A stretch of 64,000 nt of DNA from assembly GCA_964016885.1 (NCBI GenBank), contig OZ024747.1, positions 50,406,001 to 50,470,000 on the forward strand. The letters run 5' to 3'. This stretch comes from Eledone cirrhosa (taxonomy: Eukaryota). The translations under genes and the position numbers were made by a program. The notes under the pieces are model-generated. The model had not been told where the DNA came from. It searched no databases and saw only the letters and a list, made by a program, of their open reading frames with translations. Numbering within the stretch: the stretch's first letter is position 1; the number at the start of each line of letters is the position of its first letter. Below, in pieces: positions 15,896 through 29,330 of this stretch.

Positions 15896-16039
15896 GATAT
15901 AACTACAGTTTTTTTAAAAAATTGAAGCCTTTGCTTTGAAAAGAATAAAATGTCAATATTTTCCCCAATTCTGTCTGTTCACAGAAGAACACACGGGAAT
16001 AACTTTATGCCTTTCAGTGATTAGTGTATACTCATCAGA

Positions 16040-16330
16040 AGATAACTACCACTATGGTTTTGTCTACAGTGGTATATTACTATAGCCATACTATGTACTA
16101 CCACTATGATTCTGTCTACAGAGGTATATTACCATAGTAATGCTATGATTCTGTTTACATTACTATATTACTATAGTAATACTATGGTTCTGTCTACATT
16201 ACTATATTACTATAGTGATACTATGTACTACCACTACTATTATCTTTCTACATTTCTATATTACTATAGCCATACTATGAACTACCACTATGATTCTGTC
16301 TACAGAGGTATATTACTATAGTAATGTATG
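16040..16330. repeat. Degenerate minisatellite (ctatgattctgtctacagaggtatattactatag-like units)
   Basis: Recurring tctgtctaca / tatattactatag / actatgtactaccacta blocks. Confidence 0.75.
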
Positions 16331-16434
16331 TCAAAAAGGATGTAGATTATAACTGAAATTGTTAATTAAATTTACATGACGTGCATGTAATTAATTAAGT
16401 AAAAATACTTCTATTATGATGCAAAATATAGGAC

Positions 16435-16622
16435 GGTGGATTGGCAGTATCGGTAGAGGGTCGGACGCTCTGCTTTGCAGCAAAGAGGTACGGCCTCTTA
16501 TGGTCTGAGTTCAAATCCCGCCGAGGTTAACTTTTCCTTTCATTCTTACGGGGTCGATAAAATAAAATACCAGTAATACACTGGGATAATTGCTGGCCTT
16601 GTGCCAAAAGCAGACACAATTA
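16435..16622 (+). mobile_element. Full-length tRNA-derived SINE with Deu/Nin-type core
   Basis: A-box-like tggcagtatcgg, B-box gagttcaaatcc, core ccttt-cattcttacggggtcgataaaataaaataccag, and 3' aattgctggccttgtgcc. At least 15 copies occur in the window. Confidence 0.85.
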
Positions 16623-17604
16623 TGATGCAAAATATATTAGAGGCTTGAAGGTAAATTAAATATAGGAATAAATACAGTTTTTAATTAGAATAAAGTGTAA
16701 ACACGCTCCAATGTTCTCTTTGTATACAGAAAACATTAGTAGAAAAAGTTTTCTTATTTTATTATATTGGCTTGAATGCTATACCCGGTATATAAGACGA
16801 TCACTTGTTTTTGTCGCTTCTTATTGTTGTAGAATGATCAATCTGTACTGATCATACTTTACTTCTGTGATATTATCAATTAATTATTGAGTTAATTAAT
16901 TATTCAATTCATGATTTAATTGGTTTGTCGAAGTCTTTTCGTCACACAATGTGACCTCATAGATGACGTATGCCCCATGCATCCACTCCTTGCTTTGTGT
17001 CAGTTTCTCTAAACCTTTCTTTTTCTTGAGGCACTTATCATTAAAACAGCCGAGAAACTTCCTGTGAGATGCAACCTCGTAGAAGGCCAGCTAAACCTAT
17101 ATGAGCGTAACCTGTAACCATAAAATCATCATCACCATCGTCATCAAATAACAACAACAAAAGAAACAACAACAACAACAACAACAGCTACAACAAATTA
17201 TTATAACTGGAATTATTTTCATTTAATCATGTTATATTTTAGCAACATTATTTTAAAAATTGGGAATTTCAGATGAAGAAAAACGTCACATAATTATTGA
17301 CATACTCATCCAATATATAAACTTTTCTTTTTCTTGCTAGAAATACCGTTCAATACGAGCGAAATATATTGCATTTCATTTACCTAGGACTTGTGAAAAA
17401 CTGAATAATGTTGGATGGTTTTGAACGGTATAGTATGTGTGAGGCTAGATTAGTAACAAAACGTACGAGAAGCCAGAAAAGACTCTGTGGAAGCTAATCC
17501 ATTATTCAGTCGTTTCTTCTCAGCTTTCCTGCATTAGGGTCACAATCCAGAGAAATTGGTCTAATGAACTGAAAATCATAAATGAGATTAGCAAAATAAT
17601 TGAC

Positions 17605-17900
17605 TGGTATTTGGCCGAACGTTTGGATATTGGGCTTTCGACCGCAATATCGTGGGTTCAATTACTGGACCGACTGGTACGTTGCAGTTTTCTTTAGCAA
17701 AACACTTCATTTAACGTTGTTCAAGTTAGCTCTGCTGAAAAACAGGAGGACTAACAGTAGATTAGGGTTCATTTAAGAGGGAGCCTGGTACTCTCAGTCA
17801 CTTAAAAGCAATGAAAACGGGCATAAACTCTGACTAGATGATAGTCCGGGTTTGGAAAAGATCTTTAATACCTTTTAAAGCATGTAGCTGTACATGAAGG
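17605..17900 (+). mobile_element. Old tRNA-derived SINE of a second family (related fragment ~6480-6620)
   Basis: tggccgaacg..gtgggttcaatt B-box-like motif followed by the ttagcaaaacacttcatttaacgttg core. Confidence 0.5.
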
Positions 17901-18408
17901 TCGGAACTAAATTGTCAGACAACTTTGAAACAATCTACCGCTGACCATACAGTGTTTACTATGGTAAATTGGAAAATATTTGTAACGACATAAGTGGGAA
18001 TCACTGCTACAAACAATAATAACAACAACAATATCGTGTGTGAATGGAAACACACACAAGCACACACACACACACACACATATGTGTGTGTATGTATGTG
18101 TTTGTGAATGCATATATAAATTTATATATATACACATATACATACGCACACCCCCCCACACACACACATATATATCTCTTGGTTATACTCATACATATGG
18201 ATATGAATTTGTGTATGGGGCAATGTAAGGTGTATGGGGGTGTAAAGCAGTACAGTTTTTCTCCTTTTCAATCGGGGTGACATAAGTCTGATGGTTGTAA
18301 GACCCAAAGGCTTTACTAAAGCGTAGTACCTGTTTAGACTCGAAAATGAGACGTGATGCCCAGAATACACACGTTCTTTCCACGTCCTCACTTATATATG
18401 CATGTATG

Positions 18409-18442
<34 letters not shown>

Positions 18443-18924
18443 TACGCGCACACACACACACACACGCACACACACACATATATATATATATGTCTTGTGT
18501 CTCTATTTCGCTCTCTATCTATCTCTTTATTTCCTACCCATCACATATATCATACATACACACAAGTAGTAACACGCACTCACGTTAGTTTCGAGAATAG
18601 AAGAGTTTCCCTCAAGTTCAGCTGTTGATGGAGTCAAAGGATCAAATAGCCGTGCTGTGGTATTGTCTGTTCGTCTATATCTCTAGTTGAGGTTTTTTTC
18701 TCATGTAAGTTTCAATAAAATTCTATAGAGTGATGTCGAAATATAAAGAAAGAAAGTAACGAAGAATGAAAAGGGTGATAGTGGGGGGAAGATATATAAC
18801 TTGCCATATGATATTCTAAACGGTGCGATAAATATACCAATGACGATGTCTAGTCTTATGAAAGGATAGAAAGATAGATAGATAGATATAGAGATAGAGG
18901 AATAGATAGTTATATAGATAGATA

Positions 18925-18964
<40 letters not shown>

Positions 18965-19002
18965 ATATTAATAAATGGAAACTATATTTATAAAACCATA
19001 TT

Positions 19003-19068
19003 TATTTTATTATACATATTTCAAGGGCAGCCAAGGCAAATTATGGTGCGCTTTCATCAGATAAAATA
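19003..19068 (-). ncRNA. Minimal type I hammerhead ribozyme in a short PLE end (18961-19155) between (TA)n tracts
   Basis: Reverse complement reads tattttat-CTGATGA-aagcgcacc..ggctgccctt-GAAA-tatgta-TA-ataaaata (8-bp perfect stem I). Confidence 0.85.
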
Positions 19069-19152
19069 CAGGTTTGTTTTATAAATAAATATTGACATGG
19101 TTTTATAAAAAATGTTAAGCTTGTTGAATCCCAACAAATTAAATATAACCTC

Positions 19153-19239
<87 letters not shown>

Positions 19240-20419
19240 ATAATATTAATAAATGGAAACTATCTTTATAAAACCATATTTATTTTATTATATATATTTC
19301 AAAATTTTGGTACGCTCTCATCAGATGAAATACAAATAGTGACATATTCAAACTAGAACTTTTTGTTTTGAGTTCTATTTCAATAGTGAAGAAGAACTTC
19401 GAATCACAAGATGAATATGCTAATGAGGATAACGTTAAAATTGAAAAAGATCGTTATGTTTAGACGCTAGGTAAATTAAAATAATTATTAGGATTATTTT
19501 TTATAAGGAAAAGGAAATAGTGGTTATTATTAGGGTGGGAGAAAATTTAAAGAAAGATTTTAAGAAAAAATATATTAAAGTTAATAATAGACTATTTATA
19601 TAAATATACGTATATAATTGTCTGGAACATATTTGCGAGGGTGTAGAGAGAATGAAATAATTATATTTATTTATATTTATTTTATTATTTAATTATATAT
19701 TTTGGAAGTATTTATAATATAATGTGTGAATTAGAAATAAATGTGTTAAAGTGAGAGAATATTAATTTAAAATGTGAGAGATATCTTGTATTCATATATA
19801 CGATTGGGTCTATTCTATTGGTGTTTTTAATATTATGAAGATAGTATTTATAAGTATATTTTATGAAGATTACGGTTGTAAGTATATTTTATTTTATTTT
19901 ATTATATTACAAAAGGTTAGTTATATATATATATATAAATAGTTTTGGTGAGATGTTATTTATTTAATAGATAAATAATTCATATATTTTATATATGAAG
20001 AGTTACGATATTTTGTGTGAATATATGATTACATTTTCAATATATGGCTTAAGAAAATGGAAGTAGTTCTATTTTAGTATAGAAGAGATATACTATTTTG
20101 TATATTCAATAGTTGCATCAAGATAGGAATAAATTTACGAAATTTTTATATTTATGTAAAGTTTACCTGTTACTTAGATAAAATGTGTAAATATGTTTCA
20201 TTTCAAAGGAAAAGATAACTCTAATATTTCTGAGTTTAAAGAGTTAAGTTATATTTATAGTTTATTCTAGAATTTACTTTCAAATAATGTTCTAATTGTA
20301 ATATATGGAAAATTTATTATATATATTTTATAGTACCATTTATAGTACCATATATTACATATTTTCTGTTTTGATAAGCATAGCAATAGCGAACTTAGTA
20401 GGAAAAAAAAATTATTGTA

Positions 20420-20640
20420 GAATTTTTCAATAATTATAACCTTAAATTAGAAATTGAGAATGATAATAAAATTATTAATTTCTTAGATGTCACTTTAAAC
20501 CTTAGCTCAGGAGTATATTACCCTTTCCATAAGATTAATCAAAACCTAAACTACGTAAGCTTCCATTCTAACCACCCTAGAAATGTCAATAGCGTCCAGC
20601 AAAGAATATCACGCATTTGAGCCAATAAAAATTTATTGGA
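20420..20640 (+). pseudogene. PLE reverse transcriptase palm/thumb remnant
   Basis: Translates to LKLEIENDNKIINFLDVTLNLSSGVYYPFHKINQNLNYVSFHSNHPRNV, matching the PLE NFLDV..K..Y..SNHP signature. Confidence 0.85.
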
Positions 20641-20735
20641 TACTATTTGATAATAAGTTCTTCTTCATTATTCAAACAGAACTCAAAACGTTAAGTTCTA
20701 GTTTGAATATGTCACTATCTGTAAAACAACTTTTG

Positions 20736-20796
20736 TATTTTATTTGATGAGAGAGTACCAAAATTTTGGTACCCTTGAAATATATATAATAAAATA
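20736..20796 (+). ncRNA. Minimal type I hammerhead ribozyme (C3U variant)
   Basis: tattttat-TTGATGA-gagagtacc..ggtaccctt-GAAA-tatata-TA-ataaaata. The inverted partner at ~19283-19330 retains CTGATGA but has a stem II deletion. Confidence 0.8.
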
Positions 20797-20930
20797 AATA
20801 TGGTTTTATAAAGATAGTTTCCATTTATTAATATTATTGATATTATACTCCATAAGAAATTTGTTGAGTGCTTCTAATCTGTTATAAACTAAATTTGTTG
20901 AATAATCAACAAATTAAATATGTCATTGTG

Positions 20931-20962
<32 letters not shown>

Positions 20963-20963
<1 letters not shown>

Positions 20964-21110
20964 CCTGGGAGTGAAAGATCCCCAGTTGTTGTCACAACAC
21001 CTTTCTAGGAGAGGGAAACTGTGAAAAAAAAACCCTGCGGCTTCGGAAGCACCCGATGATGTTGACAAGTTCTCCTTTTCTGGTAGTGTTTTCGATGCTC
21101 AGGGAAAGTA
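20963..21110 (+). mobile_element. Fragment of an RTE-related non-autonomous repeat (same family as 33165-33672, 34120-34800, 35245-35550)
   Basis: ctaggagagggaaact..aaaccctgc..ccgatgatgttgacaagttctccttttc is shared among the copies. Confidence 0.6.
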
Positions 21111-21243
21111 TATATCGCCACACAGTATATATCGCCACTAAAAATAACATTAAAAAAATTGCGGATTATTATTAGTTAGGTGCTAAAAAAAATTTCGCGA
21201 AAAACTGGGACCTCGAATGCCTGGGGTACACTGTATATATATA

Positions 21244-21648
21244 TATAAAAGAGAAAACACAGGTAAGCATTAAGAGAAGGATTTTATCCAGGTATTTACG
21301 ACCGTTTCATTGCTAAGTGCAACCTTATGTTGCTATACTGAAAATAGCAGCCACTCAATGATAATTGTTGTTCACGTCCAACGTGAACAACAATTATCAT
21401 TGAGTGGCTGCTATTTTCAGTATAGCAACATAAGGTTGCACTTAGCAATGAAACGGTCGTAAATACCTGGATAAAATCCTTCTCTTAATGCTTACCTGTG
21501 TTTTCTCTTTTATACTTTATACTCCAAGATTGAATGAAATTCTTACAAACTTGTGGAGTTACCCCTAACCGTACATTGAAACCGTCCATGAAACTGGCTT
21601 TCTTAACCACGAACTGGATTACAATAAGCAATTTTCTGCTTCCCTAAC
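21244..21648. mobile_element. Fold-back mini-PLE: perfect 134-bp inverted repeat (21244-21377/21381-21514, loop cca) plus ~134-nt tail, in (TA)n
   Basis: The arms appear to be exact reverse complements. The right arm has the HHR-3'-half-like gaaacggtcgta; tail hairpin actcc..ggagt. Confidence 0.85.
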
Positions 21649-21709
21649 TATATATATATATATATATATTTCTATTGGCAATATTGTCAACGTGATCATC
21701 CCTAAATAT

Positions 21710-21787
<78 letters not shown>

Positions 21788-21914
21788 ATTATTAGATTGT
21801 CGAATAGAATGTTTTACACCATTCATTTCGGTTCTCCGCTAAGGTCAAATTTGACTTTCATCCTTTCGAGGTCGATAAATAAATATAATACTGAGTAGTA
21901 GTATAAATATAGTT

Positions 21915-22075
21915 GGCTGAGCTCCTACCGTTTCAACAGCTAGATCTAACTGTTGAAACGGCAGGTGCTCAGCCGTCGGTGTCTCGGATATTTCATATTA
22001 CCCTCTCTACTACCCAAAGCATCGCGTACTCTGGTGAGCAATGGTCTAACTGGTTTTTACCGCTTCCATTAAGAT
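21915..22075 (+). mobile_element. Short PLE-like end with a 60-bp near-palindrome and tail; same family as 29185-29400 and 37349-37554
   Basis: ggctgagc..ccgtttcaacag..tagatcta..ctgttgaaacgg..gctcagcc. The tail ctctactaccc.aag.at.g.gtactct.gtg.g..atggtc.a.ctggtt is shared with the other two loci. Confidence 0.7.
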
Positions 22076-22076
22076 A

Positions 22077-22112
<36 letters not shown>

Positions 22113-22114
<2 letters not shown>

Positions 22115-22308
22115 TAAAGTGGTCCTTCATCAGTGATCTTCCAACCATCATCGGTATTTCTTCGCTTTAAAGACCATATACCTCCGGTTGGTGCGAGCAA
22201 CGGCTAAAGAAAGTCGTTGGGACATGTAAATAAAGGGAACAGCGAGAGTGTAAACAAACAAAGATGGTGAAGCAACGAAAAGTGAGGAAGAGCGAGTCAA
22301 GTCCAAAT
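22113..22308 (-). mobile_element. Diverged 5'-truncated copy of the 620-nt retrozyme-like element, between (TA)n tracts
   Basis: Collinear homology with 30137-30330 (tcatcagtg..cttccaacc..catatacctc.ggttggtgcgagcaacggctaaa..gtcgttgggaca). Confidence 0.85.
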
Positions 22309-22464
22309 ATATATATATATATATATATATACTCTCTCCTACTTCTCCAACCCCTGCATATCTTTCCTTCTCTCTCCATCTTCCCTACTTTTCTCTCTTC
22401 CTGTTCCACTCTATCTTCCCCAACAACCCCACTTAAGGGTTTTTACATTGTATATTTACCATTC

Positions 22465-22576
22465 TGCTCTGAGGAAACAGTGGTCACAGCATTGGATATT
22501 CGAGTTCTGCAAATACTTGTGAATTTGCACGTAGCGGAACTAGGCTGCAGTACCACCGTGGAAACACTTGTAAGCA
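22465..22576 (+). ncRNA. Type I hammerhead ribozyme with long extended stem II, in PLE end 22331-22628
   Basis: tgct-CTGAGGA-aacagtggt..(~67 nt)..accaccgtg-GAAA-cacttg-TA-agca, then AATAAA and (TA)n. Confidence 0.7.
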
Positions 22577-22623
22577 CACGGAATAAACTACCTTTTTATG
22601 ATGTCTACCTGTTATTATTCATT

Positions 22624-23084
<461 letters not shown>

Positions 23085-23110
23085 TTATATATATATATAT
23101 TTATATATAT

Positions 23111-23220
<110 letters not shown>

Positions 23221-23468
23221 AAGTGGTTACGTTACACAACAGTTAGTTAACCATACCGAGAACAATTGTTTCACCTTAGCGGATCCTCATCTCGGAAATA
23301 GCGTGGTTATAGGAACAGGAAGGACAACCGTACGAACGCGCATGCGCAGAAACCCGGTCACTTCACACAGGCAATACTTCTACCTAACTCGTCCCATGGG
23401 CTGAGTGCTCTACCACTACGGATATTACCTTCCAGTGTTCCACCACTATATATATATATATATATATA

Positions 23469-23562
23469 CGGGATAACATGTTATCGTTATAGGCAGCCCA
23501 CTTATCAATGTCAATAAAGCCCTTATTGTATAGCGAACCATGTCACTCTTCTTTCTTGAATT
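23469..23562 (+). repeat. Internally deleted copy of the TA-flanked repeat at 35692-36014
   Basis: Shared ends gggataaca.gttatcgttatagg and aataaagccc.tt.ttgta.agc.aaccatgt.actcttc. Confidence 0.7.
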
Positions 23563-23748
23563 ATATATCTATATATCTATGAGATCTTTAATATATCTCA
23601 TATAAAATAAATACAGCCAATTATCCACACAATACAATATAGTTAGCACCCCAAACGTTTAATTGGGAATATACTCCGGTATTTCCTAATGTTTGTTGAG
23701 TGAGTTGGAAATTGGTCGGAGTATCGCTAATAGCTTTCTCCGTTTATG

Positions 23749-23841
<93 letters not shown>

Positions 23842-23850
23842 GTGTATATA

Positions 23851-24058
<208 letters not shown>

Positions 24059-24080
24059 TATACATATATATATATATATA

Positions 24081-24183
<103 letters not shown>

Positions 24184-24222
24184 GCATATATATATATGTA
24201 TATATATATATATATGTATATA

Positions 24223-24273
<51 letters not shown>

Positions 24274-24306
24274 TGAGAGAGAGACTGGCGAGTAAATAGA
24301 TAGATA

Positions 24307-26469
24307 TGTTTCTTTTATTTGCCACCAGGGCATCAAAAGTGGGACAAGTACAATGGGGGGAGTTTACAAAACAAGGCGTCCTCAATAAGGAGGAGGCAAT
24401 AACAATATATAAAAATAAAATAAAATATAACAAAAAATAAAATTTATGACAAAGTCCTCAATAGAGAGGAGGCGCCTTGGGGGGTCGCACACACCCCCGA
24501 AAAAAAGTGTGCAACCCTTCTCCTCAGGAGCACAGAGAAGGGGTGCTCCCTTGGTCTTTCATCTTCCTCACCTATAGTCTGATGTAGAGTGAAGGCCCAT
24601 TCACACGGGCCATTCTCGCCACTTTCACCCATCTTTCATAGAAACGGCTGGGGTGCAGCACCTCTCTCTCCATCCTGATCCTTCTTCCGAAATGATATCG
24701 GAAGAAACGGACCAGTTGTTGGCCAGAGAGAAAGGTGTCTGACCTCAGTCCTTTCAGACGCGTCCACCTCTTTCGCCATGGCTATTACGCACAGAAACAC
24801 CGCCTCTCCTTCGTTTTTGAAGAGGGGAGGCGGCTTGATCGTTACAATAGACTCGGTGGTCAACCGGATCGGTCCCACCCTTGACAGCAGTTGTTCGACA
24901 TAGCCCCACAGATCGGCAATGCCCGAGCAGTGTACCAATGCGTGTGCAACGGTTTCCTCGTCGCACACGCATCTGGGACAGACCTTTTTCGATGGGTCCC
25001 TACCCGGGCGCCCGTGTCTGTAGAGCCTTTCTCGAACGGGCAGAGCCCTTCTGTAGCATTGCCAGGCCAGGGACCTCTGGAAGTTATCCATGGGTCCCGG
25101 GCTGAATGTCCTACCGAACAGGTTGGCCAGTTCGTCTTCCTCCATGCCTAGGGCTTCTTCGAGGGCGTCGTCGCACCTGCTAACCACCAGCCCTCTATAG
25201 AATGACGAGGTGGATTCTCCACTGACAGCCGGGTCCGCCTGCCAGAGAGCCGTGAGCGCCTGGGCTCACTCGGTGTGCCAGGCGCCCATTTTCTCGGTCT
25301 TTGATTGACCCAGGATTGCAGCTCGGTGAGTGAGACGAGTATGGGAAAGGCTCGCCTCACAAACGGGGCCCACACCGGTTGACCGGAGAGGAATACCTGA
25401 AGGTGCCGTAGCCTTAATGCGTGTTTACGTATCATCAGCCACGGCATCCCCAGCCCTCCTTTCGAAGGGTGTTGACAGCAGATGGATCTCCTCACCATAG
25501 GAGCCCGCTTCTTCCAAAGGAATTGGAAGAGTGCGCGCTCCATTTTGGCGAGCGTTTCCCTTGGGCAAGGCACCACGGTCAGGCGGTAGTAGATGACGGA
25601 CGCTATATAAGTGTTCGCCACCTCCGCCCGACCTTTCAGGGACAGTTTGCACTCGGCCCACTTCTGGGTCAGTGCAAACACCCTGCTCGTCACCTCACCC
25701 CAGTTCTTCTCCACCTGGAGGTCTGGTCCGAACCAGACCCCGAGCAATTTCACCGGGCCCTCCGTCCAGCGCCCGACGACGCCATCGGAGGGCATCGATC
25801 TGCCCCTCCACGTGCCGAGTTGCAGACCGATCGACTTGTCCCGGTTCAGCTTAGCCCCTGTAAACCTTTCGTACTCCTCCAGTAAGGTGCCGATCAACCC
25901 GATTTCCGAGGCCGTCGACACCATTACTGTTACGTCATCGGCGTAGGCTGACACCGCTTTCCGCAATCCCGGTTCCAACGGGATGCCCTGCAACAACTCC
26001 AGCTTCCGCAGCAGTGGCTCTAGAGTCACTACATACAGAAGGGAGGAGAGAGGGCACACCTGTCGGATGGACCGCGCGATTTCGAACGGCTCCGAGAGGT
26101 AGCCGTTCACCTTGACCCTAGAGCAGATGCGGCTGCTGTGCATGGCATTGATCCAGCCCCTGAAAACGGGTCCGAAGCCTGCCGCCGCTAGCACCGCATC
26201 CAGGTAACCATGGTCGACCCTATCGAATGCCTTAGATTGATCCAAGTTGATCAGGGCCCCACCAAAGCCGGGTTCGTTCCCAACCCTCTCTATGATGTAT
26301 CGTATGAGGTGGAGGTTATCGTGGATGGACCTGGACGGGATAGCACATGTCTGCGCATCTCCCACCAGGTTGCCCACGACAAGCGCCAACCTCTTTGCTA
26401 GCACCTTGGCCAAAATCTGTAACTCTGTATTTAGCAGAGTTATGGGCCTGAAATTATTTATATCGTCCC
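24307..26469 (-). mobile_element. 5'-truncated Tx1/L1-clade LINE with 17-18 bp target-site duplication
   Basis: cgagtaaatagatagata at both 24289-24306 and 26470-26487; RT plus zinc-finger ORF; 3' UTR ending ggcaaataaaagaaac. Confidence 0.93.
24636..26469 (-). pseudogene. Tx1-like ORF2 remnant (RT + zf-RVT CCHC), frameshifted
   Basis: FRPITLLN, LDQSKAFDRVDH, SIRQVCPLS, AYADDVT, KGGLGMP; then in another frame LAWQCYRRALPV..CPRC..EETVAHALVHC. Confidence 0.93.
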
Positions 26470-26779
26470 CGAGTAAATAGATAGATAGTTAGTAGATGAC
26501 AGACTGATTGATAAATGAAGAAATAGACAGGCAGTTAGATAACCAGCTAAATAGCTAGATAGCTGGATTGATAGATTTTCTTATTTGCCCCAAGGGGGCA
26601 CAAGAAATGGGACCTTACAAAACGTGACGGCGGGGGTTTTACAGAATATCCTAGATTGACAGAAAGTTAGATAGATAGGTAGATGCAAACTAACTAGAAG
26701 GAGAAAGAATGAGATACATAGGATAAACTGACAAATAAATAGCTGGGCAGATACATAGAGAGATTGAAAATTAAATAGA

Positions 26780-26809
26780 CAAATAGTACGATAGATAGAG
26801 AGGTAGGTG

Positions 26810-26854
<45 letters not shown>

Positions 26855-26946
26855 AGAGATAGAGAGAGGGGAGGGGGGTAATTAAGTAGACAAATAGAGC
26901 GATAGATATCGATAGAAAGATAGATAGATAGATATATATCGATAGT

Positions 26947-26999
<53 letters not shown>

Positions 27000-27015
27000 G
27001 GATAGATAGATAGAC
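26780..27015. repeat. (GATA)n microsatellite region
   Basis: Pure (gata)n ~26948-27014 with degenerate GATA-rich flanks. Confidence 0.9.
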
Positions 27016-27225
27016 GTAATGGAAACGGAAATAAAGAAAGATCAGGCTGTGCTGTCGGAATAAAATAAGATTCGCTAAAATTTGCCTGACAAGAATACCA
27101 ATATTCTAGAAGGGAGTTTTACTTATGGAATATATAATTACCTCGGGTTACAAACACAGCCCGCCCCCCAAACACAGGCACCCCCCCCCCAAACACAGGC
27201 ACATACACAGTGGCATATAGGCATT

Positions 27226-27267
<42 letters not shown>

Positions 27268-27347
27268 CATAAATATATATATATATGACATATATATATA
27301 TGTATATAAATATGTATATATATATATATATATGTGTATATATATAT

Positions 27348-27462
<115 letters not shown>

Positions 27463-27515
27463 TATATATATATACATATAAATATATATATATATACACA
27501 TATATATATATATAT

Positions 27516-27593
<78 letters not shown>

Positions 27594-27717
27594 ACACATA
27601 TATATTTATATATATATATATGTATATACCCCACTCTCAAGCGTGAAACTAATATTAACATTTTATACTGCCTCTTCGCTTCAACCTTTGTTTTATTTGT
27701 TTATTGTTTCAACTATA

Positions 27718-27859
<142 letters not shown>

Positions 27860-27870
27860 ATATATATATA

Positions 27871-27923
<53 letters not shown>

Positions 27924-28523
27924 ATATATATATATGTGTGTGTGTGTGTATGCGTGGGTTTTGTATAAATGTAAACGTGTAAGTGTATATATGTGTATTT
28001 ACACATGTATATATATATATATGTATATATATAGACATTAAAGAAGTAAGAGAGAATATAGATAAAAAGAGGGTTTCGTGACGGTGGGAGTGTATGTTTA
28101 TGTGTGTGTATGTTTGTATATATGTGTGTGTATTCATCTGTGTGTTTGTTTGCATATGTGTGTATGTGCATCTTTCTGTGCGTATGTGTGTGTGTGCATA
28201 TTTATGTGTGCGTGTGTTTGTGTGTGTGTGTGTGTGTGTGTATGTGTGCGTGTGTGTGTATGCGTGTGTGTTTGTGTGTGTGTGCATGTTTGTGTGCGTA
28301 TGCGCGTGTGTGCCTGTATGAGTATGCGTGCGTGTGTATGCTTGTGTGAGTATGTGTGTGTGTGTGTGCGTGTGTGTATGCGTATGTGTGTGTATATGTT
28401 TGCGTGTGCGTTCGTATGCGTATGTGTATGTATGTGTGTGTGTGTATGTGTAGTATATATGTGTGTGTAAGTGTGTGTGTATGTGTGTGTATATATGTGT
28501 GTGTATGTGTGTGTGTGTATGTC

Positions 28524-28567
<44 letters not shown>

Positions 28568-28684
28568 TCTTAATATCCCCCAACACGATTCTGTCCACAT
28601 GAAGCCTATCAAACTGACATGTTTAATTTGTTGAACAGAAAATATGATTAGTACATAAAATGTGGCTAGGAACAACATACTACA

Positions 28685-29182
28685 ACACTAACATTCACCA
28701 CTACCACCTCTACCACCACTACCACCACTATCACTACCACCACTACCAACATCACCACTAACACTCACCACTATTACCACTACAACCACTATCACTACCA
28801 TCACCACTACCACTAACACCACTAGCACTACCGCCACCACTACCACCACCACCACCACCACTCTTACTATCACCTCACCAATACTACCACTACTAACACC
28901 ACCACCACTACCACCACCACCACTACCACCACCACCACCACCACTACCAGCGCTATCGCTACCAGCTCACCAATACCAGCACCACCACTACCACCACCAT
29001 CACTACATCCACCACTACCACCACCACCATCACCACCACCACCACTATCACTATCACCTCACCAATTCCAGCACGAATCAGCACCACCACTACTACCATC
29101 ACCACCACTACCATCACCACCACCACCATCACCACTACCACCACCAATACCACCACTACTATTACCACCACCATCACCACCA
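28685..29182. repeat. (ACC/ACT)n degenerate trinucleotide repeat
   Basis: Visible. Confidence 0.9.
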
Positions 29183-29243
29183 TGGAACTAGCTGTTGAAA
29201 TGGCAACAGTCCAGCCGTCGGTTCTACTGACTCTTTATAATAC

Positions 29244-29330
29244 AACCCTAACCCTAACCCCAACCCTAACCCTAACCCTAACCCTAACCCTAATCCTAAC
29301 CCTAACCCTAACCCTAACCCTAACCCTAAT
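29244..29330. repeat. Interstitial telomeric repeat (CCCTAA)~14 inside a PLE-like end (29185-29400)
   Basis: aaccct units with two variants; flanks homologous to 21940-22060. Confidence 0.92.

Larger units (their letters stand above)
19238..20930. mobile_element. Penelope-like element with inverted termini and a one-sided tail, flanked by (TA)n
   Basis: 19238-19399 is an inverted copy (with deletions) of 20656-20843. Contains an internal RT-thumb remnant; the right end has an extra ~90-nt tail. Confidence 0.85.

Noticed and set aside
16435-16530. tRNA genes at SINE heads
   Set aside because: A/B boxes are present but there is no acceptor stem or cloverleaf, and they are always followed by the SINE core.
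29244-29330. True chromosome end
   Set aside because: The tract is short and has ordinary sequence on both sides; it is interstitial.
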